DNA of 64,000 bases from positions 1 through 64,000 of the forward strand of contig NJBI01000008.1 of NCBI GenBank assembly GCA_005222975.1, in the 5' to 3' direction. The stretch is from Promethearchaeota archaeon Loki_b31. GTDB taxonomy: Archaea > Asgardarchaeota > Lokiarchaeia > Sigyniarchaeales > SOKP01. A program made the position numbers and the translations under genes. Positions 11,166 through 21,712 of this stretch are shown one piece after another (position 1 is the first letter of the stretch; each line of letters starts with the position of its first letter). The notes under the pieces were generated by a model. That model was not told the DNA's origin. It ran no database searches and saw nothing but the letters and a program-made list of their open reading frames with translations.

Positions 11166-11972
11166 CTAATCATTAAGAAAATTTATTATCTTCTTTATAA
11201 CTTTCTGTAAATAAAATTCTGCCATTCCAAATCTAATTTTGGCATCGAAGATAAGAATCAATATGTAAAGATCATTTATATTTTCAGAAAAAATTAGTTC
11301 GTTGTTTTTAGAGGTGTAAAACAATTTTAGAATAGTATTATTACAAATTTTCACTCTAAAATCGACCTCCTTTAAAAAATCTTTTATAATCGTCTTATTG
11401 AGAGAGGAAAAAATTAATTTACCTATATTAGTTAAAAGAATAGCGCCCTTAATGTCATCGTTTAAGTGGAGTTCTTTGAGTAAGCTAATAATTTCCTCTT
11501 CTTTGATTAAATCAAATTCGCTACTATAGGGTTCCCTTATAATGTCTTCGATGAGATAATTTAATTGTTCGTCATAGATATATTCTAAATCGGTTTGTAT
11601 ATCGTTTTTGATTACGTATTCTGAAAATTTAGAGTGGATTTTGGAAATTATTTCATCTAAAAGCTGCCAATTTTCGATCGTATTACACAGAAGGTTGTAG
11701 TATAAATTCTTTTTTTCAAAAACTACTAATTTTATACCTCCGCCCATTTCAACCGTTTTAATCTTATTTCCGATAAGCTCTTTAGTAAAGGACATTAGCG
11801 CTGTAAAGTATGAGGAGATTAATTGTTCTTGCTCTAAGGGGTACAAATTTGTAAGATTTAAGCCATAGATACATATACCAGATTTATTGAAGATGAATAA
11901 GTTATGTATATTCGTTTTATCAGATGTTCTTTTGATCTTTGAAACAATTACGGAATTGTCGGGAATACCCAT
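11166..11972 (-). CDS. Longin-like + roadblock-like two-domain protein
   Basis: IHNLFIFNKSGICIY...LISSYFTALMSFTKEL (longin pattern); IKGAILLTNIGKLIFSSL (roadblock pattern). Confidence 0.6.
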   Translation of the reverse strand: MGIPDNSVIVSKIKRTSDKTNIHNLFIFNKSGICIYGLNLTNLYPLEQEQLISSYFTALMSFTKELIGNKIKTVEMGGGIKLVVFEKKNLYYNLLCNTIENWQLLDEIISKIHSKFSEYVIKNDIQTDLEYIYDEQLNYLIEDIIREPYSSEFDLIKEEEIISLLKELHLNDDIKGAILLTNIGKLIFSSLNKTIIKDFLKEVDFRVKICNNTILKLFYTSKNNELIFSENINDLYILILIFDAKIRFGMAEFYLQKVIKKIINFLND

Positions 11973-12019
11973 ATTAAATTGTTAAGATCAAACTATAAAA
12001 AGCACAAACTTTTCGATAA

Positions 12020-13021
12020 CTAAGTTATAATGCTATGAACTCCCTTAAAACATAATTTACATGGAAGTATTGTATATCCTTTCTCAATCAACTTCTCTTT
12101 AATTTGGTTTTCATAACCAATTTCTGCAAGTATGGTTGCTGAACCGCCACCTCCAGCCCCATTGCATTTAAAGCCAAGAGCACCATTATCTTTTGATATT
12201 TTTTCTGCGTTTGTAATGCTTGTGTTGACCATTAATGGATGGAGTCTTTTTTGTGCGTCCCAATTTTTATTCATAATTTCTCCTATACTTGCTAAATCAG
12301 ATTTAATTACCCTTTTCATTTCCCACGCACAATTTTTCATAACCTCAAACGATTTAATAGTATTTGGGTCTTTTTTTTTGTAATTTTCTATAACAGCTCT
12401 ATGCATTTCACTCGAGCTTCTCGAACTTAAAAATACTAATATGAGCTGGCTTTCTAATTCATAAATTCTTTTTTCTTCAATCTTAATGTTTGATATTTTA
12501 ACATCTGGATAATCAATTTCCATAAAATTTATTCCTCCATAAGCAGCAGCAAACTGATCTTGAACTCCACTTTCTAACTTTAGCTCTTCAATTTCAAGTT
12601 TATGGGCTAATTGCGCAATTTCATAATTAGTTAAATCTACTTGATTATATTTAGATAACGCAGAAATTAAAGTAACAGCAATACTCGCACTAGTGCCAGT
12701 TCCACACCCGGGAGGCGCGTCTGCGCTCACATTAATATCTAATCCTTTTTCAATATTCATCCTTTTAACTGCGGCTTTTAATAAATCAAAGTTTCCATTG
12801 TATTCAACTGCTTTAAAATTTATAATTTCAGTGCTTTGTTCGAAATTTTCGGCGAAAATTCTTATTTTATTCAATCCATTTTCCATTAGTTTTACTTTAC
12901 TATAAAGATCAACACAAAAGCTAAAAACGGCACCTTTAGGATAAAACCACGTGTCAGTCCAACCACCTATATCACAAATTCTCACAGGTGCTCTTGATAA
13001 GATTACCTTTTTTATACTCAT
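12020..13021 (-). CDS. GHMP sugar kinase (HddA-like)
   Basis: APVRICDIGGWTD, PPGCGTGTSAS, GVQDQFAAAYGG, GAGGGG. Confidence 0.88.
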   Translation of the reverse strand: MSIKKVILSRAPVRICDIGGWTDTWFYPKGAVFSFCVDLYSKVKLMENGLNKIRIFAENFEQSTEIINFKAVEYNGNFDLLKAAVKRMNIEKGLDINVSADAPPGCGTGTSASIAVTLISALSKYNQVDLTNYEIAQLAHKLEIEELKLESGVQDQFAAAYGGINFMEIDYPDVKISNIKIEEKRIYELESQLILVFLSSRSSSEMHRAVIENYKKKDPNTIKSFEVMKNCAWEMKRVIKSDLASIGEIMNKNWDAQKRLHPLMVNTSITNAEKISKDNGALGFKCNGAGGGGSATILAEIGYENQIKEKLIEKGYTILPCKLCFKGVHSIIT

Positions 13022-13141
13022 ATCTAAAATTTTTAATTATCTCTTCAATAATCATTTGTATGTTCCTAATTGTTAAAATTTTTGTATGTTTTATATGAAT
13101 TATAACAATCAATTTGTAAGAATTAAATTTATTGATCTACA

Positions 13142-14659
13142 ATGCGAATAAATCAATTGAAAGTTTTAAATAAAGATGAAATTCAGATCATCCACGATTC
13201 TTCAATAGAATTGCTTGAATCTTTAGGTGTTAAAGTTGAGTCCGATGAAGCTATAAAGCTCCTTAAAGAACACGGGGCTATTGTTGACGATAAAAAGAAG
13301 AGCACATTTGTTAGGTTCCCAGAAAGTTTAGTTAATGAGCAATTAAAGAAAGTTCCAGATTCCTTCTCTCTTTATGGTCCGGACGGTTCTTATCAAGTAA
13401 CAGTTAATACATCTAATTTGAATTTTTCTACTATGGGAGCCACAGTAAATATTAATGATTCTACAAAAAAAAAAGGAGTAAGAAAAACCACACTTGAAGA
13501 TGCCATAAATCACATCCGAATTGTAAACGAGTTAGAACATATTGTTTGCTCTCAGGTTGATGTATAATCTCATGATATTCCTTTTACTGAATTACATTGT
13601 CATACATTACGTGAGTGGGGGCGTCATAACTATAAACCTTATGGAATGGCTTGTTATGGAAAGACTGCTTCTCAGGATATGATAAATCTTGTTTCTATTA
13701 TTGTAGATGGAGAAGAAGAATTAATTAAAAAGCCCCGCTTGTTAGGCGTATATAACCCAACATCTCCTCTTTTACAAACGAAAATCCTTCTTAACGGTCT
13801 TTTTATTTTCGCTAAATATAACCAGCCATTGCTCATAAGCTCAGCAGCAAGCGCGGGTTCTACTTCGCCAGTTACTCTTGCGGGTACGCTTGTTCAAACA
13901 AACATGGAAGTGTTATCGGCTATAGTACTAACTCAGTTGATTAACCCCGGAACTCCTGTTTTATATGGATCTACTAATACGATAATGGATCCGACTAATG
14001 GAAACCCCGCATATGGTTCTATCGAATTTTCACTTATTACTATCGCTTCGGCTCAATTGGCTCACTATTATAATATTCCCTCCAAGGGGTCAGGAGCTCT
14101 AACTGATTCAAAATGTTTCGATGTTCAAAATGGATTTGAAAGATTCATGACATTATATTGTGCGGCATCAGCTGGACACAACTTCATTACATGCGCAGGT
14201 ACATACGAAACTTTATTATCAGAATCTTTTGAATTACTTATCATCGACGACGAAATGGCGGGTATTATTAAACGGGGATTAAAGGGTATATCCGTCACTA
14301 AAGAAACTCTCGCCTTAGATCAAATAAGAAAAGTAGCAACTGAAAAAAAAAACTATTTAATGTTAAAGCACACAGTTAAAAACACGAGAAAGGAAATATT
14401 TGTGCCAAAGCTAGTTAACAGAGAGAAAAGAGGGATATGGAGGAAAAATGGCGCGAAAGACATTATAACAGTTGCTAAGGAAAGAGTAGATGAAATACTT
14501 GAGACACAAAAAGGACCAGATTTATCATCAAACATCGAGAAACAGATTGCTAAATACACTCAAATTGTAACTTCGAGATCACTAGAAGATTACATAAAGC
14601 TAGAAGGTATAGATAACTCAAAAGGAACTATAGATGTGGCCGGCGTAAAGATAGAATAA
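13142..14659 (+). pseudogene. MttB-superfamily (trimethylamine methyltransferase-like, non-pyrrolysine) gene interrupted by one in-frame TAA at 13565-13567
   Basis: The two ORFs are in the same frame and the bridge is open (SHDIPFTELHCHTLREWGRHNYKPYG); SPVTLAGTL, PGTPVLYG and LTDSK..D.QNGFE motifs. Confidence 0.85.
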
Positions 14660-14871
14660 AACAAATTCTTTAAATAGCCTTTAATATTCCAAATCATAAT
14701 GATTATCGACTGTACCTCGTGCTTTTTAAGACTAACTCATATTTTGTAGATCGCTAGTATTAACCTTCTATGATGATTTTTTAACTAACTTTATATATGA
14801 GCAAGGAGAAATATACTTTAAACACTAATTAATTTTAAAACGTATTTAAATAATAAAAGGAGGAATAAAAA

Positions 14872-15066
14872 ATGGCTAAAAAACCAGTTGAAGTCCTATT
14901 TGTAAAAAGTAAAATTCGAGAGTACATTAAGTCAAAAGGGTGCAACACTAGTGGGGATGTTATTGATGGTCCTGCTCTTAATGAAGCAATTGTAACCATT
15001 CTCGATGCAGCGATTGGGCGCGCTAAAGCAAATGGACGAAAAACTGTTCAAGAAAAAGATCTATAA
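14872..15066 (+). CDS. Histone-fold protein, face-to-face/Bd0055-like type
   Basis: 64 aa; LFVKSKIREYIKS..NTS, RAKANGRKTVQEKDL; AGGAGG upstream. Confidence 0.85.
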   Translation: MAKKPVEVLFVKSKIREYIKSKGCNTSGDVIDGPALNEAIVTILDAAIGRAKANGRKTVQEKDL

Positions 15067-15394
15067 ATGATTTTATAAAAAGAATTTAATTCTTTAATTT
15101 TTTTTTTAAATTTTATTATTATTTTATTTGAAATTAACCTCTCTTAATGGACAATAGATTCCAAATATCGATTAAATTTAATTTATTATACAAATTAATA
15201 ATTTTTCACTGTATTTTACTTTTTAATTAGAAAAAAGTTTATTATTTCTAACACACACAATTAACACGACCTAACGGAATAAAAAATACTTCAATAATCG
15301 CCTTATCCTTTTTCTTTTCATATTTGAAGGAAATTTTTTATTCTTAACTCTTCCTTTTAAAATTTTATAATTATTATAATTACATATCTAATAT

Positions 15395-15922
15395 TTATTT
15401 AAATTCCTTATCAATGATGAAAAAATCAATAGATATTACACTTTTTAACCTTTGTAGCGCTTCTTTTAACTTTTTGACTCGGTTATATGGTCCTGAAACA
15501 GCAATAATTTCTAAACATTTTTCAAACTCTAAATGAATGTGCATTGTTGAAATAATGATGTCATAAAAATGGTGTTGAATGTCATTTTTTAGTATTTCAT
15601 CAGTTTGCTGAACTGAAGCATAAACGGGTCTAGAATCATATTTATGGTCGTGGTAGTCGTGATCGTGATTAACTCCGTGCGAATGTTCATGAGAGTCTTC
15701 TTTATCGGATTTTCCAATAAAATGTTCGTGCAACATAATAATAGGAATGCATCCTACAACGTTCACCGAAGCAACAGGAATACTTTCTTCACTAATCATT
15801 AAAAAATGCATAGCTTTTCTAATACTATCTGATCTTGAGATACCTATTTTGTTTCTAAATGCCTCGAATTTATCGTACAAATCTTTTGGAAGAGACACTG
15901 TAAAGCGTTTGTATTCCTCCAT
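15395..15922 (-). CDS. nikR: NikR-like nickel-responsive regulator with a His-rich insertion
   Basis: RFTVSLP..SRSDSIRKAM RHH; IQHHF..IISTMHIHL...CLEIIAVSG. Confidence 0.85.
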   Translation of the reverse strand: MEEYKRFTVSLPKDLYDKFEAFRNKIGISRSDSIRKAMHFLMISEESIPVASVNVVGCIPIIMLHEHFIGKSDKEDSHEHSHGVNHDHDYHDHKYDSRPVYASVQQTDEILKNDIQHHFYDIIISTMHIHLEFEKCLEIIAVSGPYNRVKKLKEALQRLKSVISIDFFIIDKEFK

Positions 15923-15960
15923 CCTAAACATCTTTAATTTTTTTTTTTTATAGTACTGAA

Positions 15961-16695
15961 TTATTTTTTTATTAAAATAGCTATTGGAACGCTTGCTTCT
16001 CGCCATTGGGCAATTTTACCAGAGTATTCTAAATTTAGTTTCACTCTTCCATGATCTCCTAATATTATCATCAAGGAATTATTTCTAAGCTGTTTGTAGT
16101 TGCCTAAAATCCACTTATCAGTACGCAAAATCAGTTTATCAATTAAATCCTCAGGAGTTCTTTGTTTAAGTGCTTGTTGTTGTTTATGAAGATTTTCAAA
16201 ATCCAAATAATGCATCCAAGAAAGCTCAAAATTGTTAATTATTTTTGCAGATTCCACCCATGTACTCATGTCAGTTTCTTTTGGGATTGAATGGGTCCCA
16301 CCATCGTACCTTTCTATATCTTTTTTTCTTCCGACAAAACAAGTCTTTTTTCCGTGTTCATTTAGATATCTTAACAAATGAAAACCGTTGGGTTCAGAAT
16401 CAAAACCACCGTACATAATTTGATGTAAAACGCCTAAAGTGTAAGGATTTTTAGTAGATAGAAGTAACATCGCTTGAGAATTAGTAATCATAAATTGTGG
16501 CTTATGATATGTGAGTTCGAATAAGCCAAAATTATCAATGATGTTTATACTGATCCTTTCAACGCCTTGATAGAGATCGATAACAGATTGGACGGGTTCT
16601 GGAATAGTACCGAGCGGAGGAGCAATTCCTAATAATTTTAGAAGTGTTGCTGGTAACTGATTTAAGTAACACTTTATAGTTTGAAGTTCACTCAT
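15961..16695 (-). CDS. Alkaline-phosphatase-superfamily-like protein (divergent)
   Basis: IIDNFG, MIILGDHG, VPIAI; resembles a reduced AP core. Confidence 0.5.
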   Translation of the reverse strand: MSELQTIKCYLNQLPATLLKLLGIAPPLGTIPEPVQSVIDLYQGVERISINIIDNFGLFELTYHKPQFMITNSQAMLLLSTKNPYTLGVLHQIMYGGFDSEPNGFHLLRYLNEHGKKTCFVGRKKDIERYDGGTHSIPKETDMSTWVESAKIINNFELSWMHYLDFENLHKQQQALKQRTPEDLIDKLILRTDKWILGNYKQLRNNSLMIILGDHGRVKLNLEYSGKIAQWREASVPIAILIKK

Positions 16696-16857
16696 AATTA
16701 AATAATAAAAATCTATTCTTAAATTTTAAAATTATTAAATTGAAATTAATTACAATTTATTATAAAATAATGACAGTTTATTATTTTTAGTATAGTAAAT
16801 ATTTTTTAAATATTAGGTTTAAATTTACCTACTTTTAAAAGTAAGAGAACCCATGAA

Positions 16858-18153
16858 ATGAAATCTTTATATATTGATACAGCTAATTCAGGAATCTCGG
16901 GAGATATGCTCTTGGCATCCCTTTTAAGCTTAGTATCCGATTCAAACGAAATAATAGCTGATTTAAAAGAATTAAAGCACTTTTTAAAAGGAGTTTCCCA
17001 TATCGAACTTGAACTAACAAAAGTTAAAAGAATGGGAGTCGTTGTTAATCAACTTAAATTAGCTATCAAAGAATCTAAAAACCATAGAACTTCTAATGCA
17101 CTTTACAACGCACTGGAACGATTTCTACTTGAAAAAAACTTCTCTGAGCCAGCAAAAATATACGCTAAAAAAGTATTAAACACATTATTCGAAGCAGAAG
17201 CAGAAGTTCACGGAGATCTAGTTGAAAATATTCATCTACACGAATTAAGCTCTGTAGACACTTTAATTGATATTTTAGGAGTAACTAAAGCATTAGATAA
17301 ATTAGGAGGTTTTAACGAAAGTTTTGAATATTATTATAGTAAGGTTCCGCTTGGAGGGGGTAGTATAAAAACTGCGCACGGAATTTTGCCTGTACCAGCT
17401 CCAGCAACAGCTAAAATTTTAGAACTATCCGAACTAGTAGTATTCGGAGGTCCTATCGAAAATGAACTCGTAACTCCTACTGGTGCTGCGCTTTTGGTTA
17501 ATTTAAATCCAAGATTTGCTCGATTTACGAACCAGATGAAAATATTAAGAGTAACATATAGTACTGGGCAAAAAGAGTTTAAAAACTTCTCAAATGTTCT
17601 TCGGTTAATATATGGCGAGAGCGAAGAGACAATTAGCACCCCAAATATGCACCCATTACAAAAATATGTTGAAGATGTAACTGTTTTAGAAACGGATGTT
17701 GATGATGTATCAGGGGAGATGTTAGGAAACTTCATCAATACTATGGAAAATGAAAAAATACTTGATATTCAAGTTTTACCAAGTGTAACTAAAAAAAATA
17801 GACCTAGTCACATTATTAAAATATTATGTCATCCTCAAAACAGTTTTGAGATAATGTATAAAATAATTAACGAGTTAAGCACGTTAGGGATAAGGTTTTA
17901 TACAATTAAGCGAGTATGCGTTGATCGTAAATTTGAAAAGAGTAAAATTGATATAAATAGTAAAACTTACGAGCTAAATTTTAAAATATCTTACGTTAAA
18001 ATGAATGATGAAATCAATGTAATTAATGTTAAACCTGAATTTGAAGATCTTAAGAGAATTAGTAAAGAAAGTACTTTATCTATCAAAAAGATATTATTTT
18101 ATTGTCAATCTGAGATAAAAAAGCATTTTGAAAGCAGTAAAAAAACGAAATAA
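16858..18153 (+). CDS. larC: Nickel pincer cofactor biosynthesis protein LarC
   Basis: SGISGDMLL, AEAEVHG, HLHE...DTLIDI, AHGILPVPAPAT, ELVTPTGAA, ETDVDD.SGE. Confidence 0.95.
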   Translation: MKSLYIDTANSGISGDMLLASLLSLVSDSNEIIADLKELKHFLKGVSHIELELTKVKRMGVVVNQLKLAIKESKNHRTSNALYNALERFLLEKNFSEPAKIYAKKVLNTLFEAEAEVHGDLVENIHLHELSSVDTLIDILGVTKALDKLGGFNESFEYYYSKVPLGGGSIKTAHGILPVPAPATAKILELSELVVFGGPIENELVTPTGAALLVNLNPRFARFTNQMKILRVTYSTGQKEFKNFSNVLRLIYGESEETISTPNMHPLQKYVEDVTVLETDVDDVSGEMLGNFINTMENEKILDIQVLPSVTKKNRPSHIIKILCHPQNSFEIMYKIINELSTLGIRFYTIKRVCVDRKFEKSKIDINSKTYELNFKISYVKMNDEINVINVKPEFEDLKRISKESTLSIKKILFYCQSEIKKHFESSKKTK

Positions 18154-18220
18154 TTAGTAAAAACAAAATAGAAAAGAAAAAAAAATAATTTTTTATTTAA
18201 ATGGCTATACCATTCTTATT

Positions 18221-18754
18221 TTAATATTTATCTACTTGATATTTGTTTAAGAAATACTCGTCTTCAACCATTTGCTTAGAAAAGTCTTTTAAGCGTTCAA
18301 TTTCTGTTTTTACAACTTCTTCCTTCTCTAGTTCCCCTAATTCATGGAAAATCTCCGCAGCTTCATTAAAAGATTTTATAACTTCTTCATAGTTTCCAGA
18401 AACTTCAAGATCCTCAGCCAAAAATACTAAGCTCTCGGCTACAACTAACTTCTTTCCTAATTTCTTTTGGATTTTTAGTGCTTGATACGAATATTTTAAG
18501 CCTTTTACGTGATCTCTAAACTTAGTATGTGTTCTTCCTAAAGTCCTTAAAACCATAGCTTCTTCGTTTTGTAGATTATTATCCCGGCAATATTGTAAAA
18601 GATCATTCAAAAATTGAATTAATTCATTCTTTTTAAAGACCTTCGTACTATCGTAATGATCAATGGCTTCATTGAAACTCACTAAAGTATTAATGATATC
18701 GCCACTTTCAAAAAATTCTTTAGACTTCTGAAAATTATCGGTTGTTGCGACCAT
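18221..18754 (-). CDS. TPR-repeat protein
   Basis: Helical repeats LRTLGRTH, YQALKI, FNEAAEIF. Confidence 0.7.
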   Translation of the reverse strand: MVATTDNFQKSKEFFESGDIINTLVSFNEAIDHYDSTKVFKKNELIQFLNDLLQYCRDNNLQNEEAMVLRTLGRTHTKFRDHVKGLKYSYQALKIQKKLGKKLVVAESLVFLAEDLEVSGNYEEVIKSFNEAAEIFHELGELEKEEVVKTEIERLKDFSKQMVEDEYFLNKYQVDKY

Positions 18755-19116
18755 TTAAAGTCTCAACTACATTGTAATTTATTTTATTTTTTTTTTTTAG
18801 ATTTTTAAGAATTAGTAATTTCAATATTAATTATATTGCACTATCTATATATATCTTTAGGTTCGAAGAAAAAGATGTAAGAATATTAAAAAACCAATAG
18901 AGTTTTAATAATCTCCATTTGGATAACAATTGATTTTGGTAATTGATTTGGGTAAAAAAGTAATTTAATGATATTCGATACACTCATTAAAAAATTGTTC
19001 AAATGGATGTCTATACAAATAAAATAGGATAGTCAATAATAGATTGAGTAAGCGCGTTTGAATTAATTATCAAAACGTCTACAATTTTCTATTAAAAAAA
19101 AATGTGTTTGTTATTT

Positions 19117-19779
19117 TTAGAATATTCCTAAGGGTCCGAATAAGGGTCCGAAAATGCATAAAAGTGTTATGCCAACTCCATAAATAATCCCAACTACTTT
19201 AATCTTGTCTTTTAATTCTGGAAGGTCGTAGACGTAAAAAGCGCCAACGAAGAAATGGAAATATCCAATTAAGAAAATTAAAATGGGATTATACCAATTC
19301 CACCAGACATATTCCCAAATTAAGTAATTTCCCAAATTTAGAAAGATCTCGACAATTACACAAAATAATGAAAATCCAATAGCCATAGCCCATCGATTAG
19401 GAAGTCCTAGGATCTTCTCGTTTTTATCATCAGGCAAAAATTTAGCAAAGGTTATGCCTGCTATAGAAAACATAAAAGCGATTTCTAAGTTCCAACCTAT
19501 TAAAATAATATAGGCACTTGCACTTGGCGTAGTCCAAAATGCAGAATAATTACTGAACGTAAAAACTAAAGCGTTCGAAATCTCGTTAATTAGATCTAAG
19601 CCTAATACCGTCAAGCCAGCAAATACTGTGTTCCAGTTTTTCGTTTCTCTCGCTTTTTTAATTTCAATGCCATAAATATATAGAACTATTGCTAAAATCG
19701 GGATTATATACCATCCAGTTTCGGGATTTAACTGTCTTAATTTAGACAAAGCTTCAAGAGAAGCGTCTGTAGGTGCCAT
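19117..19779 (-). CDS. Multi-pass membrane protein
   Basis: About six hydrophobic segments; IGWNLEIAFMF motif. Confidence 0.75.
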   Translation of the reverse strand: MAPTDASLEALSKLRQLNPETGWYIIPILAIVLYIYGIEIKKARETKNWNTVFAGLTVLGLDLINEISNALVFTFSNYSAFWTTPSASAYIILIGWNLEIAFMFSIAGITFAKFLPDDKNEKILGLPNRWAMAIGFSLFCVIVEIFLNLGNYLIWEYVWWNWYNPILIFLIGYFHFFVGAFYVYDLPELKDKIKVVGIIYGVGITLLCIFGPLFGPLGIF

Positions 19780-19920
19780 CTTAATACACTTTTTTTTATT
19801 ATAATTTTTAAATTTTTATTTTAGTTATGCAAAATCTTTATTTTTGATATATATATACTTTTTTCGTTAGGAACTGATCTTCCTTAATTTTTTAAGGAAT
19901 TAGTATAATAAAAAATAAAA

Positions 19921-20976
19921 TTAAGGTTCTAGATTTATTAATGGATAGGTTCCATATTTTGAACCAGCATTTATTAATGATTTAATATTTGCTGATGGAG
20001 TTCCTGGGGCGATATCGCAAGCAGTACTAAGCATAAATTTACCCCCTTCTGCAGCCGCCCTAATACACGATTTTGCTTCTTCTTCGACCTGTTGAGCTGT
20101 TCCATATCGCATGGTTGCTGTTGACACATTACCCATAAGAATTATAAATTTTTTTCCTAAAGCTTCTTTCGCTTTTTTTAAATCTACCATATCAACGCTA
20201 ATTACTAGTATTTTAGGGACTCTCGTAAGAGGTTTTAATATATTATAAACCTCTCCACATATATGTACCAAAAACGCAACAGTATTTACTTTTCTGGAAA
20301 TTTTTTTATAATAGGGAAAAGCAAACTTCTGAAAAAATTGAGGGGAAATGCACGTACACGAAGCGCTTGGATCAGATAACACAGCCAAATCAGCACCTGT
20401 TTCCATTTGTTCGTTTAAAAAATCAATAATTGAATCTGTCGTTACATCTAAAATTTTGTGTACGAGATCTGGGTTATTGATCATATTTCTCATTAGGTTT
20501 TCCATACCCCACACTGAACCCGCGGCGGTAATTGGTCCTTCAACTCCAGCACCGATGATGTTTTCTGAGTTTTTAAATTTTTTAACATAGTTTCTGCAAG
20601 TTTCAATGATTACTGGCATTCTACCATCTTTATTAGGATCTGCCGTTTCTAAAACTTCGATGTCTTCTGCCGTTTTAACCGCTGCGATTTCGTGTACGGG
20701 TATTACATCGGGCATGTAAGTTAAAGTCGCACCTAAGGCTTCACCAATTACATTTAAGTCAGAAAAACCTATAACAAAAGGCAAATTAAATTCTTTAGCG
20801 ACATATAATTGAGCAGCGGCGTGTTTTTTACCGTCTTTCATTATCTCATAGGCGGGTATTCCTGTATGATTGTGATACGACCATATAGAGTAGCCTAATA
20901 TAATTGGAAACGAAGGGACGCTAGTTCCTGATTTACCTAATATCCCCCGGAAATAATCGGTATCAATTAGTTCCAT
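19921..20976 (-). CDS. MtaA/CmuA-like methylcobamide methyltransferase (UroD family)
   Basis: EALGA, DGRMP, GPITAA, SDPSAS, VHICG, GNVST, STACDI.PGTP; overlaps the corrinoid gene. Confidence 0.88.
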   Translation of the reverse strand: MELIDTDYFRGILGKSGTSVPSFPIILGYSIWSYHNHTGIPAYEIMKDGKKHAAAQLYVAKEFNLPFVIGFSDLNVIGEALGATLTYMPDVIPVHEIAAVKTAEDIEVLETADPNKDGRMPVIIETCRNYVKKFKNSENIIGAGVEGPITAAGSVWGMENLMRNMINNPDLVHKILDVTTDSIIDFLNEQMETGADLAVLSDPSASCTCISPQFFQKFAFPYYKKISRKVNTVAFLVHICGEVYNILKPLTRVPKILVISVDMVDLKKAKEALGKKFIILMGNVSTATMRYGTAQQVEEEAKSCIRAAAEGGKFMLSTACDIAPGTPSANIKSLINAGSKYGTYPLINLEP

Positions 20977-21623
20977 TAGCTTTTTTCCTCCAATATTAGT
21001 TCATCTAATATTTTAGCCGCTTTTGAAGCATCGTCACAATGTATTACTCCAATCTTTTGAGCAAATTGTTCGCTAGTAGCAGCACCTCCAATAATTATTT
21101 TTAACTTTTCTTTGAGATTTTCTTCTTTTAATAGCTCGATTAAATTGGTAATACTCTCTAATGTTGGGTTCATTAATGTAGATAATGCTAATACATCTGC
21201 GTTGTTTTCTTTAATAGTTTTAATAAAGATATCTGGTTGTACGTTCCTTCCGCAATCTATAACCTTATATCCAGAAGCTTCTAAAAAAAGTTTAGTTAAA
21301 TTCTTGCCTATATCGTGCACATCCCCATGTACGACACCAATTACGACAATTGCTTTACTTTTTGTATTTGTAAGATCTAGATGTGGTTTGAAAACTTCCA
21401 AAGCGTCGTATAAAGCATCAGCAGAAATAGAAATAATAATTTCGGGTAAAAAGTATTCTCGTTCAGCGTAAAGGTCGCTTACGATTCTCATCCCTTCGTT
21501 TAACCCCTTAAAAATCGCATCGTTGATATCTACACCTTGGGAAATTATGTTTTTTGCGATAGATACGGCTAACTCTGAATTTCCTTCTATGACCGCGTTC
21601 GATAAATCTTTAAATGAATTCAT
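20976..21623 (-). CDS. Corrinoid (B12-binding) methyltransferase partner protein, MtaC/MttC-like
   Basis: GDVHDIGKN, LSTLM, IIGGA B12-binding motifs. Confidence 0.92.
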   Translation of the reverse strand: MNSFKDLSNAVIEGNSELAVSIAKNIISQGVDINDAIFKGLNEGMRIVSDLYAEREYFLPEIIISISADALYDALEVFKPHLDLTNTKSKAIVVIGVVHGDVHDIGKNLTKLFLEASGYKVIDCGRNVQPDIFIKTIKENNADVLALSTLMNPTLESITNLIELLKEENLKEKLKIIIGGAATSEQFAQKIGVIHCDDASKAAKILDELILEEKS

Positions 21624-21712
21624 AATAATAATTTTAAATTAACTTGTTATTAAAAATATACAAAATTCGTAATCTCTTACCAATAGTAAGAAGAAATTCT
21701 TAAATGAAAAAT

